From the NCBI GenBank assembly GCA_002633005.1, contig NMRA01000492.1:124001-188000 (forward strand): a stretch of DNA of 64,000 nt, in the 5' to 3' direction. Shown in pieces: positions 54,201-63,827 of this stretch (positions within the stretch are counted from its first letter, which is position 1; each line of letters starts with the position of its first letter). Below the pieces are notes generated by a model that was not told the DNA's origin, did not search any database, and saw only the letters and a list, made by a program, of their open reading frames with translations. The position numbers were made by a program, and so were the translations under genes. This DNA comes from Phoronis australis (lineage: Eukaryota > Animalia > Phoronida).

Positions 54201-57200
54201 CATTGTATCATAATATTAAACTCCTCTTCGCGTATTTTTCCACAGTGATTATAAGAGGAGTTGTAGTATTGATTAGTTTATTTGCCTATATCTTCAAATG
54301 TACCGCCAGATCTCTAGCGGAATAAACTCATTATGGAAGAGTGGAAAACAAGTTGAAATGAACTTCTGGAAAACTTGTGTGATCAGTTGCAAGGCTTGGA
54401 ATTTTCCGCGGAAACGCGGATTTCCGCTTTTTTCAAATGTTCTGTCTGCGTATTTTATTATATTTCCGCGTTAAAAAAATCGGATTTGATATAAAATTTC
54501 CGCGGCAAATTCCTTTCTTGCCGCGGCGTTGCCGACGACTTTCACCTCGAAAAGCGGAAGTTGCTCTTTATGTTTCGGGGCATCTGGGATAGCGTGGTGG
54601 ATTTTTCAATGGCCTGGTGCGATTGTAAACCGCGGTGACAAATACTACGACTCTGCAGCCAAAAATGTGCGGAGGTGGGAGTGGACAAGCCAGCTAAAAA
54701 GAAGCAGACGCTCGCTTCCAGAGGTGGTACCGTTTTGTTTTTTTTTTCAGTCCTCGCGTTTTTTTTTTTTGTCGGCAAGGTGTCCACATGGGCCATATCG
54801 AGGCCGGGAAGCGTGCATGTTTTGGGCCGTAAAAGTTTCCACGTATTTCGTCATTGGTCATTCCAAGCCCTGCAGTTGTTAACTAAAAAACAGCACGTGC
54901 TGGAAGTGCATGCGGAAGAAACACAGTATTGGTAGCACTGTCCAGTTTGTGGTGCTGTTCATTTGGTAAGATAAATGTAGCCATTTGATTCACTGGTGTT
55001 CAGCGGATTTATTTGCTCATACAACATGCAGGTCAAACTTGAATATCCACAAATTTTGTTTTGGGACAGAAGACCCTTCTTAGAGACACAGATGGGTGCT
55101 TTATACATGCACACTTGCAATTGCTTGCTGCGTCATTCCTGAAGATATGGTGCCACTACTGCTATGAGACCTGTCGAAAGCTCCTTCCGTGAAGGGTGCT
55201 GGCATAGACGTGAGAAGTATGAGTACTTGTGCTTCCTAATGCTTTAGGTTGTCTGGTGCAAGTCTGGTCTTTCATTCAGTGGTGTCATCGAATGGAGATT
55301 TCCGTTGAAGGTCACAGCTGCGTCGGGAGGTCATGTCATATTCGGTGTAGATGTTGTTTCTTGAGCAGTGGGTGCTGAATGGGTCTTACATTTGCCTAGC
55401 ACCATGCCTAGTGTTGGCTCAACTGATCACAGACAGTCGGATTTTGAGGTTCTGGGTTTCTGACCCTCATTAGAATAGTAGTCTGTTCTCACTCGGGTCA
55501 TTCATCTCAAAGTATGCAACATGTAGGTGAGCATTCCCAAACATATTTGCACTCAAATGCACAGACATATTTCATCATTATTGACTGATACACAAGTCTT
55601 TTTGCATGCCCAAGTGCCACAAAGGTTTGGCAATGGTAAAGTCAGAATTAAGGTGCATGCCAAAACATGGAGTCGTCGGAGTGGGGGGGAAGGACTAGCG
55701 AATCTCAGGTGTGTTGTCTTTCAGCGGACTACTGTGCAATCGACTGCCACAGAAAAGTCCACCAAATACACCAGCGAAGTGCCATTGGTCAAAACCCAGA
55801 AGAGGGTTATAAATGTGGAGGTTGACCCTAACGGGACGACACGAGTTGAAAAGGAAATCACCATCACCGGCAATAGTCAAGACATTGACTATGATGAAGT
55901 GAGTATTTATCTGTTCAGTTTTCTGCTGTCCGCTTGTCCGTGTTGCATTCATATGAAGCCCAGATTCAGCTTCGGCTTAAAAAAGTCATAGAGCGGTTAT
56001 ATGTGGCAAATATTTTTTAATACATCAAGTTAGCCTTCCTACTTTCACCTGATAACACTGTGGACTTGTTGAAGTTCAGTGACAGCTGCAAGCTTGTTGT
56101 GGCTTTAAGAAAAATGCATAATACAAAGTATCGTCTGAAGAGGGATTGTTTGGTAAGAGTGTGATTGAGGTTTGTGAAGCGCGGCCTGTTTGCTCTAAGA
56201 GTTACTTGTCGGTCACTTTGAAGTATCACCTCTCTCACGTATAACGTTGACAGCACAATGCCTCCAGTAGCTATAAAGTTTTATGCAACCCAGCTATGGC
56301 CTATGCTTAAATGAGCTTGTGATCACAGTAATGTTAGTCATCAAATCTATCAATTTTAATTGTGACTTGCATCTCGTGGATTGTTGGGCATAAGCATCTG
56401 AGAAGAGGAAAGTTAAGCCTAAGTTGTTCTAATCCACTTGTCATTTCCTACCAGGCATTGGCAGCTGCCATTCGTGAGGTGACAGACATGGATCCAGATC
56501 TCTCTGTAGACAAAATAGAAATCAAGACAAGCTAATCAACTCAGGTGAGGGTGTGTTTAGATGCTTTGCTCGCTTGACCTACTGTTTGTTAATTGTGTGA
56601 GGTTTTATAACAGCCACGTATTGGTTGCAGATGCCCTGAAAAAGCATGTGCGATAAAGTTGGTGGTTAGCCCACTTCACTGTTCACTCCTAGATCAGTAT
56701 AGAGCTCTGTGCTTGCTGCGTAATGGAAGTGTTAGCAAATTACAATATTTCAGCATTTTTTACCCACACCTCTGCAGTACTATTCCGTAGTTAAAATCGT
56801 GCCTTTTTCATTTCAGTCACTCTCTCAACACCGCCTGCCTGAGTGTTACCGTGGTTGCACATTGCGGTGGAAAACTCGCTGTATATGTCTTTCTATTTGG
56901 TGTGGATTGCTGCTATCGTCGCCGCTTATCGTTGTCACCTGGATTGTAAAAAATGGTGCAACTATGTTGCCAGCATATGAAGGACTTTTATTGACGTATT
57001 TTAGCCAACATCTGACCTTCAGCTTCCATAGTCGTGTTATGTGATGAAAACTTGTCATGCTAGCCTGTGTCATTTTGATAATGTTTTAGTACTCATCAAT
57101 AAATATTTGTACGACATACTATTTTTATGTAGAAGCATTGAGCACCAGAGTATTGTGAGTATTGTATTTCGTAGATGCATTAAGTTGTAAACAAAAGAGT

Positions 57201-60200
57201 ATAGATGTTTGTTTCTCTCAATGGTTAAAAGCTTTTCCCTAGGTGCGTGTATGTGCGGCTGAAATCGTTGACGTTCAACTTGCACTTGTGCTCTGATAAG
57301 TAAACATTTTAAATACTGGGAAATTTTTTGTATATGAATCAAGACTGCTCTGTGTTGCCTTGACAATGTGGAAGTGTGTGAGGACTGCCCACTGTTTGTG
57401 TCATTTTAGCTGTATGATAGATAGATTGATAGATAGATAGAAAGATATGCTCATGTGCTGAATTTGTAAGTTTTAACATTTTGTCATGTGCTACTGTAAT
57501 TTTTAGTACATATGTTGTTTTGAAAATGGTGGTATGGCTTTTACTAATAATAGTAATAGTTTGTGATAAACATGTTCTGAAAAGATTTTATTTTTTCATT
57601 TTTGCCTCACACAATCACAGTTCTACCTTTCACATTTATTTCTTTGTGTCTTTAAACGTACTAAGGAAATTAAGTTGATTACAAGAGAGAAAAGGTAAAC
57701 AAAAGGGTGTTTTCTGTGCTAGTGTTATGATGTGCAAACTGTTAGGAAGTGTTTCTGTGCTGTTGTGCCTACCATGACTTAATGTTACTATGTGTATCTG
57801 CTTTATGGTGGAATGCTTAATAAACTACTTCATTTTAAAGTTACCTTGTTTTCGTGCACATTATTGCGAATAGTACAAACCCCTCTGGTGTTGCTCGTTT
57901 CACCTCTTCTATTTCTACATGTAGCAAATGTGTTGGTCTTGGAGTAGTCGGAACAGCATGATTAGAACGGCCTTGGATTGCTCCCGCTGTGCCTCCATCG
58001 GGTTTCTTTTCTGTCTGCCCGTCATTGTGTCCATCCTTCAGTTCATGTTATTGCGTAGACAGGTCTTGTGCAGGTAGTGTTCGACTTGCATCGTCCAATT
58101 TGCATGTTGTTGGATTGTTGAACAGCCACTTTTGTGGTGATTCCGCTTGTCTTTGTTGAGCTGTTTTCTGTCTTGTGTTTGCGAGTAGTCCTCGAGTTTT
58201 GGTAACATGTGCATGGTACACTCACAACAGCTGTTTTGTGTTTCTTATTTTCACTATCTATCCATTTCGTGTTTTGCTTTCTGGTGCATGTTTGATGCAT
58301 TTTGTGTGTTTTTGAGCCAATTATTTTTTGGCAAAAAGATCATTGCTACACACTCACAAGAATATCACTGCTACACACTCTGAACAAGAATATAAACACT
58401 CAACAAGAATATCACTGCTACACACACTGAACAAGAATATAAACACTCAACAAGAATATCACTGCTACACACACTGAACAAGAATATAAACACTCAACAA
58501 GAATATCACTGCTACACACACTGAACAAGAATATAAACACTCAACAAGAATATCACTGCTACACACACTGAACAGGAATATAAACACTCAACAAGAATAT
58601 CACTGCTACACACACTGAACAGGAATATAAACACTCAACAAGAATATCACTGCTACAAGCACTCAACAACAATATCCCTTTGACAGACGCTCGACTAGAA
58701 TATCCCTGCGACATACTCTACAAGAATTTCAATGCCAGGCGCTCAACAAGAATATCACTGTTGCAGACACTAGTCTACAATATCACTGTAGCAAACGCTC
58801 AACAAGAATGTCATTGCTAGAGATTGTCGACAAGAAAAACAGGACCACGGGCACTACATAAAAACGCCACAGACACTACAAGAATGTCAATGTTACAATG
58901 ATTCAACAAGAATATCCCTACATGACCATTTCAGCAATGTTGGTTGTGTGTGCATGGAGTTGGACGTATTAGCACTTGTATGTTTGCTCTGTTCTCTCAA
59001 ATGAGTGACTAAGACCCTCGCAATATTTTATGGAATGGGGCCTCTGCTTTGGAAACTAGCAACGTTTTGACCCATTTCTATCCATCTATTATTCTGTCAA
59101 TTTTGAGATGAGTTCATAATGTAGAGGTATGTTTCCTAAACTTTTCTGGGCTTTTGTGGACTGTTGCTTGAACAAAACTTGACGTCATTTTGATTTGAGT
59201 AAGTGAGCTTCCTTTTGGTGTGGGTTCTGTGCAAAAGGTCCACTTGAAGGTTGCTGTGTACAACTACAAAAAGAACCTGCGGACAAGTGTCGTCTGGAGG
59301 ATGTAAATTTGCTAGGGGCCCACAGGGGTGTGGTTGTCAGAAGTAGGTGACTTCTATCAATCATAGGCCTAAGCTTCTTATTTATCAAACGTTTCGCTTG
59401 TGAATGGAGTAAACAGACACTCTGATGCTAGTTTAGGTTTGTTTTTGTTGTTTGGGCTTGGGCTTGATCGTGGTGTTTGTCAAGATGCCTTCTATGTTTT
59501 TGTCAGCCAACACACCTAGTGCTGTTGTCAACAACTGACCACAAAATAATGCATGTCTGTGACCCATACTGATATCATCTTGTCACGTGTCGCCATATTT
59601 CTTAGCAAGTGCGATGGTGTGTTGTGTACCTTGTTCTGGATATGAAGCGTCATTAAAAAAGTGGAACAATATTCCACCGGTTTCCAAATGATGCAAGAGT
59701 GCTTAGGCAGTGGTTAGCATCCTAACTAAAAATAGCAATGATCAGGATATCTGGAGTGGGGTAACCAGTTGTGCACATAGTGTTGCCAGCAAGAATTCCG
59801 TCAATCAATTGAAAACAAATGCCGTTTTAGGTAGAGAATTCCTTGAAGCCTTGTGCTTTGCATGCAAAAGATTTGCGTGAACTGCAGTTATAGAAGTAAC
59901 AATTTTGATAATGTGCAGCCACTGCATTTCAAATATGCTGACTACGATAATGAAAAAACATTTAGATCTAAGATACTTTGACAACCAAATTGGAGACTTG
60001 ATGTTCACTAGGTGGTGCTAATGAAGATACGGACCTCTTTTTTATCGTCTGAATTGAGCGAGGACAGAGACCTATGGAATCCACCATGAGACATGATTAT
60101 GCACCTATAGCTACCGTGCATGCTTTTCAGCTAAGACCGCTGTTCTATTATCACCACTTATAAATTCCGAGCTCGTGAAAAAGTTGTTTTGCTAATTATT

Positions 60201-63092
60201 TTAGACTTTATTGTTAGTGCACTCCATCTTTTTAACAAAAGTATGACAGGAACATTATGTGCACTTTGATGGCAAATGTCTGCACATGCTTGGCAAGACT
60301 GTTGATGCATGACATAGCGTTAATTGCATAGCAGTTCACTCTTTGGTATGCAGGTTCCTTTTCCTATTGAGCCATTTCATAGGAAAAAACGCTATCAGCG
60401 TTTATCAGATGGCCGAGGCTGACCTGTAGTTTAGATGTGTATGTAATTGAAAAAGCGATAAGTAATTGATTATGTTTGTCAATATTTTGTGTTTGCCTGT
60501 TCTATAATATGGAGATAGCTAAATAATGTGATTTGCTGCGGAAATCCGCTTCGACGTGATGTAATATATCATGTGAAAAGAATCCTACTTTGATACCCCA
60601 ACCAGTCGAGATTGGGCGAGTCGACGGGTTTGCGCACCTCAGAATCTGCCAATTTAGATCAAAGACATCATGCTGTTGTAGTTAATTAAATCGCCTCTCT
60701 AGATAATGATGCCCATCATAAAAACATTGGGGGTAACAATAGTGTTTTTAAATTTTCATTTTGAAAGTTTGTAAATAGCATATTTGAATAGTTCATGAAA
60801 AGCACTCGCAATAAGGTTTTTGAAGTTGTGTCACGGTACAATTATTGGCATGAGTTCCGCGGTCAAGACCCTGCTGAGACATAGACCTTCTCAAACTTGC
60901 AATTTCAGTTAACAGCGTACGGCCAACAAACGATGTGTCAAAGATAATGGTTGCTTTTTGCTGCTCCAAGTTTGAGATGTTTTTCAAACGCACCGTGTCT
61001 CACGATTTTTTGCTCATTCTAGCCCCCAACTGTGCAGACAACTCCTGTAACCTATGACCCGGACTCAGAGAACTCCTCCAAGTACACTCGTGATGTGCCG
61101 CTAGTGAAGACCAAGAAACACACTGTCAGTTACGAAGCAGAGGGCGCTGAAGAGCCACAAGATGGGGACCTGGTGACGTCACAGTCGCATTCTAGTCGGT
61201 CACAGACTATAGAAACAACCACAGTGTGTGAAGCTTCAACTGAACTTCTCCTAGACACGTTTGCATATTAGTTATACGCTGTATAGCAACGTTGATTTCT
61301 CACTTTCTGCTACTGTTGACCATTGCACTTGGCATTATATAGCAACTGAACTTGTGAAACTTTGGTTAAACTCATTTGGGAAATTGTAATGCCCTCTGGT
61401 GGCTTTTTAAAGCTTCAGTACCTAATTGCGTTACAGGAAGCTGGATACAAGCTGTTACATCTCACTATTGCGTGTCGTATTCACATTGAAATGGTCTGTC
61501 AACGATCAGATTGATTTGTAACTGTAAATTGTATGCAAACCAGCTTAGACGGACAGTTGCGGTTTTGGTAGTGTAATTCACCTTGACGTAATGTGCTTTT
61601 GACTGTCTAATGAACATCGATTACGGTGAGGCATGAAAAAGTTTATTGTTGAATGCATTTTGCTGTCTCTCTGCATGCATCAACAGTAGTCTTCGTTGAG
61701 GTTTTGGCATGTGTTTGATGCCTGTTTGTTTCGTTTTCAGTATACTACAGAAAAAGATGGCATGATTGAAACTCGTGTGGAGAGGAAAATCACAATCACT
61801 GGTGATGGGGAGGACATAGACCACGATGCAGTAAGTTGGACTCATAATTGTTTGTTAACTTTTGATTCGGACCACACACCGCTATAAAATTGGTCTCAAC
61901 TGGTTCCTTGACAAGTGATTTCTGGTTTCTTACAGTTTGTTTGTTATTTCCTGAGATTATGTTTGTCGCAAAACATAATACGCCGTGTCAAGAGGACTTG
62001 CAGAGCCTGTTCTTGAGAAATAACGAATTGTCAGTTCCTTCAAATCCCTGATATCAACCTCGGTTAGACTAAGGATTAATTTGAAACTAATTTCAGGATA
62101 GGTGGCCAAATTCAAAACCTTTTTTTGTCGTGGAAAGCCAGTTTGTAGACAGTTTCAGTGTTTTTTTTGCATAAAAGTAACGCCCAAAAAGTTTTTCTAT
62201 TTTTCTAAAACCTTCTACCTTGATACAAGTATTTTGTAAAGTAATTTGACAGTGGTACAGTACAAGCCATGCTTGAAATAGTGTTTTCTTCATCTAATGC
62301 TGAGAAATTTAAACACAATTAAATTCTCCACCTGTTGGCCATGTGAGATTGTGCCTAATGGGTTTGTTCTAAAGCATACTGGATCGTAGAATCATAGCTA
62401 AAAAACAGTTGACTAGATTCTCCTTTTGGAAGAAAGCAAATACAGCATAGCTGCTGATCATGTTATTGAGCACCCATTCTTCCGCATTACACGGCTTTGT
62501 TTTACCACCTGGTGCGCCCTCTAGGGCCGGAAGGTGGAAACTAGGAGCCCACCCCTCATCTAATGGCATGAATGGCTGCAAGTTATTTAGTTTGTAACCA
62601 CTAAGTATAAAGAAGTCAGTGTTTGTCTGCCTTATTAGTAAGTAGGTTTAATTATAGTTCGCCAGAGACCATTTCTGGCGTCATTTGATGCAACAAAGCT
62701 AAAAAATTCATTTAGTACTGACTTAGTGCTTCAACTTGAACACAGTTTTGAAAAGTCGTAAGAAATGAAATTAAACAAATGAAAATTGTCCATTTTGTTG
62801 CTTGGTTATATAAAGGTATTTTTGTAATGATGTCTGGACTTTTCTTGTACCCCAAGGATTTTGGAGGCTGGGTCCAGAGCAGCTCACTGTTTGGAAGTGG
62901 GGGCAAAACACTGGTTTGTATTTCCGAAAGGAAACTGCGGTCGCCTATTTCCATTTTGCACAAATGTATTGGTATCGTGTTTTCTCGTTTCACCAGGCCT
63001 TGGCTGAAGCCATACGACAGGTGACAGATATGAATCCTAACCTGGCCGTCGAAAAAATAGAAATCAAGACTGAGACGGAGGAAGTTAATTAA
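9179..63092 (+). CDS. EPB41: Multi-exon protein 4.1 / coracle family gene (FERM + FA + variable middle + 4.1 CTD), with two alternative terminal modules
   Basis: Exons joined at GT-AG sites keep one frame throughout. Family-typical sequences include [116 protein letters not shown] and the [23 protein letters not shown]. The symbol denotes the family (EPB41/EPB41L1-3/cora), not a specific paralog. Confidence 0.96.
12749..12820. repeat. Compound CT/CCCT/CTGTCC microsatellite
   Basis: Directly visible simple repeats. Confidence 0.9.
12934..12999. repeat. 33-bp direct duplication
   Basis: GTTTCT(G/T)TGTAGATTGCATGTTCCCATTGTTCT occurs twice in tandem. Confidence 0.85.
15095..15278 (+). promoter_or_regulatory. 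Candidate alternative promoter / first exon inside intron 2
   Basis: Local CpG enrichment (15030-15180), no clear upstream acceptor, strong donor GAG|GTGAGC at 15279. Confidence 0.4.
20065..22642. mobile_element. Possible decayed hAT-like element (two matching ends)
   Basis: CAGGGATATAC at 20065 and GTATATCCCTG ending at 22642, each with clustered subterminal GGCGAG/CTCGCC motifs. No clean TSD and no transposase ORF. Confidence 0.4.
26872..27180. repeat. Degenerate tandem array (GAGCCATGTTTGTAAACTAAGCAAGCT.../CCATGTTCAAAATCTT subunits)
   Basis: Repeated CCATGTTT/CCATGCTT cores at ~20-30 nt spacing. Related pieces at ~843-1015 (+) and ~43105-43160 (-). Confidence 0.75.
29217..29414 (+). CDS. 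EPB41: 4.1 exon: N-terminal headpiece and start of FERM (DNHAAQ...[20 protein letters not shown])
   Basis: ttccag|GAC ... GAT|gtgagt, 198 nt, phase 0-0. Confidence 0.93.
30997..31098 (+). CDS. EPB41: 4.1 exon FERM F1 ([34 protein letters not shown])
   Basis: ttgcag|AAA ... ACA|gtgagt, 102 nt. Confidence 0.96.
33336..33581. mobile_element. Non-autonomous DNA transposon with 6-bp TSD
   Basis: Ends CAAGGCTTGGAAT / ATTCCAAACCCTG, with ACCAAC duplicated on both flanks. Same ends as 54390-54872. Confidence 0.8.
34866..35055. repeat. 21-bp minisatellite, ~9 copies
   Basis: Unit CAGTTAGCTAC(A/G)GTGACTTGT. Confidence 0.95.
35351..35393 (+). CDS. EPB41: 4.1 exon FERM F1 ([14 protein letters not shown])
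   Basis: tttcag|TAC ... AGA T|gtgagt, 43 nt. Absent from the ORF track but required for the FERM domain and the frame. Confidence 0.95.
35486..35741. repeat. 42-bp minisatellite, ~6 copies
   Basis: Unit TAGATAATGGAGCTGTACAGTGTGACAGTGTGCCATGCTCCC. Confidence 0.95.
36744..36864 (+). CDS. EPB41: 4.1 exon FERM F1/F2 ([39 protein letters not shown])
   Basis: ttgcag|CG ... AA|gtaagt, 121 nt, phase 1-2. Confidence 0.97.
37413..37592 (+). CDS. EPB41: 4.1 exon FERM F2 ([14 protein letters not shown]...LHRTH)
   Basis: cctag|A ... AA|gtacgt, 180 nt. Confidence 0.97.
37971..38058 (+). CDS. EPB41: 4.1 exon FERM F2/F3 ([29 protein letters not shown])
   Basis: ttgcag|G ... AAG|gtgagg, 88 nt. Confidence 0.97.
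39224..39376 (+). CDS. EPB41: 4.1 exon FERM F3 ([10 protein letters not shown]...KIRPGE)
   Basis: tttcag|GAC ... GAG|gtacga, 153 nt. Confidence 0.97.
40003..40100 (+). CDS. EPB41: 4.1 exon FERM F3 end ([32 protein letters not shown])
   Basis: tttcag|TTT ... AG|gtgggt, 98 nt. Confidence 0.97.
40734..40894 (+). CDS. EPB41: 4.1 exon FERM-adjacent (FA) region
   Basis: ttacag|A ATG AAA ... GAC G|gtacgt, 161 nt, [12 protein letters not shown] motif. Confidence 0.95.
41887..41955 (+). CDS. EPB41: 4.1 probable cassette exon ([22 protein letters not shown])
   Basis: ttacag|AA ... CCA G|gttgtt, 69 nt, symmetric phase 1-1, weak donor. Confidence 0.7.
43777..43871 (+). CDS. EPB41: 4.1 middle exon ([31 protein letters not shown])
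   Basis: ttgtag|CC ... GAG|gttagt, 95 nt. Supplies the required phase 1 to 0 transition. Confidence 0.85.
45934..46161 (+). CDS. EPB41: 4.1 middle exon ([10 protein letters not shown]...LLSPSSPLQ)
   Basis: Branch-like CTAAC, ctcag|GTC, 228-nt GC-rich open frame, weak donor CAG|gtttct. Confidence 0.8.
46416..46589 (+). CDS. EPB41: 4.1 middle exon ([15 protein letters not shown]...NTYPRKQ)
   Basis: ttcctcag|CCC ... CAG|gtggat, 174 nt, phase 0-0. An alternative in-frame AG lies at 46448. Confidence 0.78.
47626..48204 (+). CDS. EPB41: 4.1 large exon encoding a 15-aa tryptophan repeat array
   Basis: ttgtag|TAC ... GAC|gtgagt, 579 nt, phase 0-0. TGG codons recur every 45 nt from 47761 to 48121. 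Confidence 0.9.
48651..48806 (+). CDS. EPB41: 4.1 middle exon ([11 protein letters not shown]...GESVDS)
   Basis: ttacag|GGT ... TCG|gtgagt, 156 nt, phase 0-0. Confidence 0.88.
50572..50891. mobile_element. Non-autonomous TTAA-targeting DNA transposon (Kolobok-like AGGG ends)
   Basis: TTAA-AGGGACATTGTCGG ... CCGAGAATGTCCCT-TTAG: inverted ends with one mismatch. Confidence 0.6.
51121..51213 (+). CDS. EPB41: 4.1 middle exon ([31 protein letters not shown])
   Basis: gtttcag|CTG ... GAA|gtattc, 93 nt, phase 0-0, weak donor. Confidence 0.75.
52786..52881 (+). CDS. EPB41: 4.1 last exon before the terminal modules ([32 protein letters not shown])
   Basis: ttgcag|CAT ... CAG|gtgagt, 96 nt, phase 0-0. 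Confidence 0.88.
54390..54872. mobile_element. Non-autonomous DNA transposon with 6-bp TSD
   Basis: Ends CAAGGCTTGGAAT / ATTCCAAGCCCTG, CAGTTG duplicated on both flanks, many internal TTCCGC/GCGGA motifs. Confidence 0.85.
55725..55898 (+). CDS. EPB41: Proximal CTD module exon 1 (RTTVQS...EVPLVKT...[20 protein letters not shown])
   Basis: tttcag|CGG ... GAA|gtgagt, 174 nt, 4.1 CTD motifs. Confidence 0.92.
56455..56535 (+). CDS. EPB41: Proximal CTD module stop exon ([26 protein letters not shown])
   Basis: ctaccag|GCA, TAA at 56533-56535, donor CAG|gtgagg 9 nt after the stop. Confidence 0.92.
   Translation, partial: ALAAAIREVTDMDPDLSVDKIEIKTS
56817..57845 (+). other. Proximal 3' UTR exon (3' end approximate)
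   Basis: Acceptor ctttttcatttcag| at 56816. First ~135 nt are homologous to 63828-63957. AATAAA at 57098 and 57819. Confidence 0.7.
57819..57824 (+). terminator. Candidate polyadenylation signal of the proximal module
   Basis: AATAAA followed ~20 nt later by the T/GT-rich CCTTGTTTTCGTG. A second AATAAA is at 57098-57103. Confidence 0.5.
58357..58670. repeat. 47-bp minisatellite, ~6.5 near-identical copies, decaying to ~58920
   Basis: Unit CAAGAATATCACTGCTACACACACTGAACAAGAATATAAACACTCAA, itself made of two CAAGAATAT-headed subunits. Confidence 0.95.
61023..61223 (+). CDS. EPB41: Distal CTD module exon 1 (PPTVQTT...[15 protein letters not shown]...IETTT)
   Basis: cattctag|CCC ... ACA|gtgtgt, 201 nt, VP.V.T...TVSYE motif of the 4.1 CTD. 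Confidence 0.92.
61741..61830 (+). CDS. EPB41: Distal CTD module exon 2 ([30 protein letters not shown])
   Basis: ttttcag|TAT ... GCA|gtaagt, 90 nt, canonical CTD core. Confidence 0.96.
62997..63092 (+). CDS. EPB41: Distal CTD module stop exon ([31 protein letters not shown])
   Basis: caccag|GCC, TAA at 63090-63092, donor AAG|gtaatt 12 nt after the stop. Confidence 0.94.
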   Translation, partial: ALAEAIRQVTDMNPNLAVEKIEIKTETEEVN

Positions 63093-63827
63093 ATTAACGA
63101 CAAGGTAATTAGCCTTTTTAGGTTGAGGTTAGACGCGGAACTGCTGGCAGTGTAGTACTGGTGTTTATTATACCCAGTGGCACTTGCTTCTGCTGAACAT
63201 CGAGAGGGGAAACCATCAGCTTTTGGTGTTAACTTCAGCAAAAGATTAAAAATCTGACTTGCAGTTCTTTTGACCATTAGCAATAACATAGGTGTGCAAA
63301 ATTTCATGCGAATTGACCCATTGATGTTTGGAACTGCTAAAAGCAATGTTGGTGAGAAGACTTCAAAATGACTGATAAAGATTTGCCACGAAATTGAAAT
63401 CTATTGACCTTGTCCCAATCAATGTTTGGCACACAAATATGTTATGAGTAGCAATAAACATGAAGATAGATTTTCAGGATTTGTGAATATTGCATTTTGG
63501 GGGAAAATTCCACGAAGGTTGACAATTACCTGAAATCAATTTCAACTTCTTAGTTGGCCAGTTTCAGGCCTTTTGATTTTTGAAGCTTTGCCATTTTAGA
63601 TGGTGACTTGTCTGCTGAAGAGGATTTGGAAAATATGATTTGCACTTGAAGAGTAATTTGACAAGTACAATGTTTACTTGTTTTTAAAACAGTTGATGGG
63701 AAGCACTGAATACCAATGGTTTTAAATGTGAAATATACATTGAGTTTTTGCTAAGCCTTGGAACTGAGGCCACCGTGGCATGAAGACATGCCATCACGGT
63801 AATAATTTTTTTCTTTTAATCTTTCAG

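Noticed and set aside
58357-58670. CRISPR-like appearance of the 47-bp array (also the 21- and 42-bp arrays)
   Set aside because: Units are contiguous with no unique spacers, there are no cas genes, and the context is a eukaryotic intron.
61023-63092. Distal CTD exons as a separate second gene
   Set aside because: No start exon or FERM exons lie between the modules, and the first distal exon is phase-compatible with the shared exon ending at 52881.
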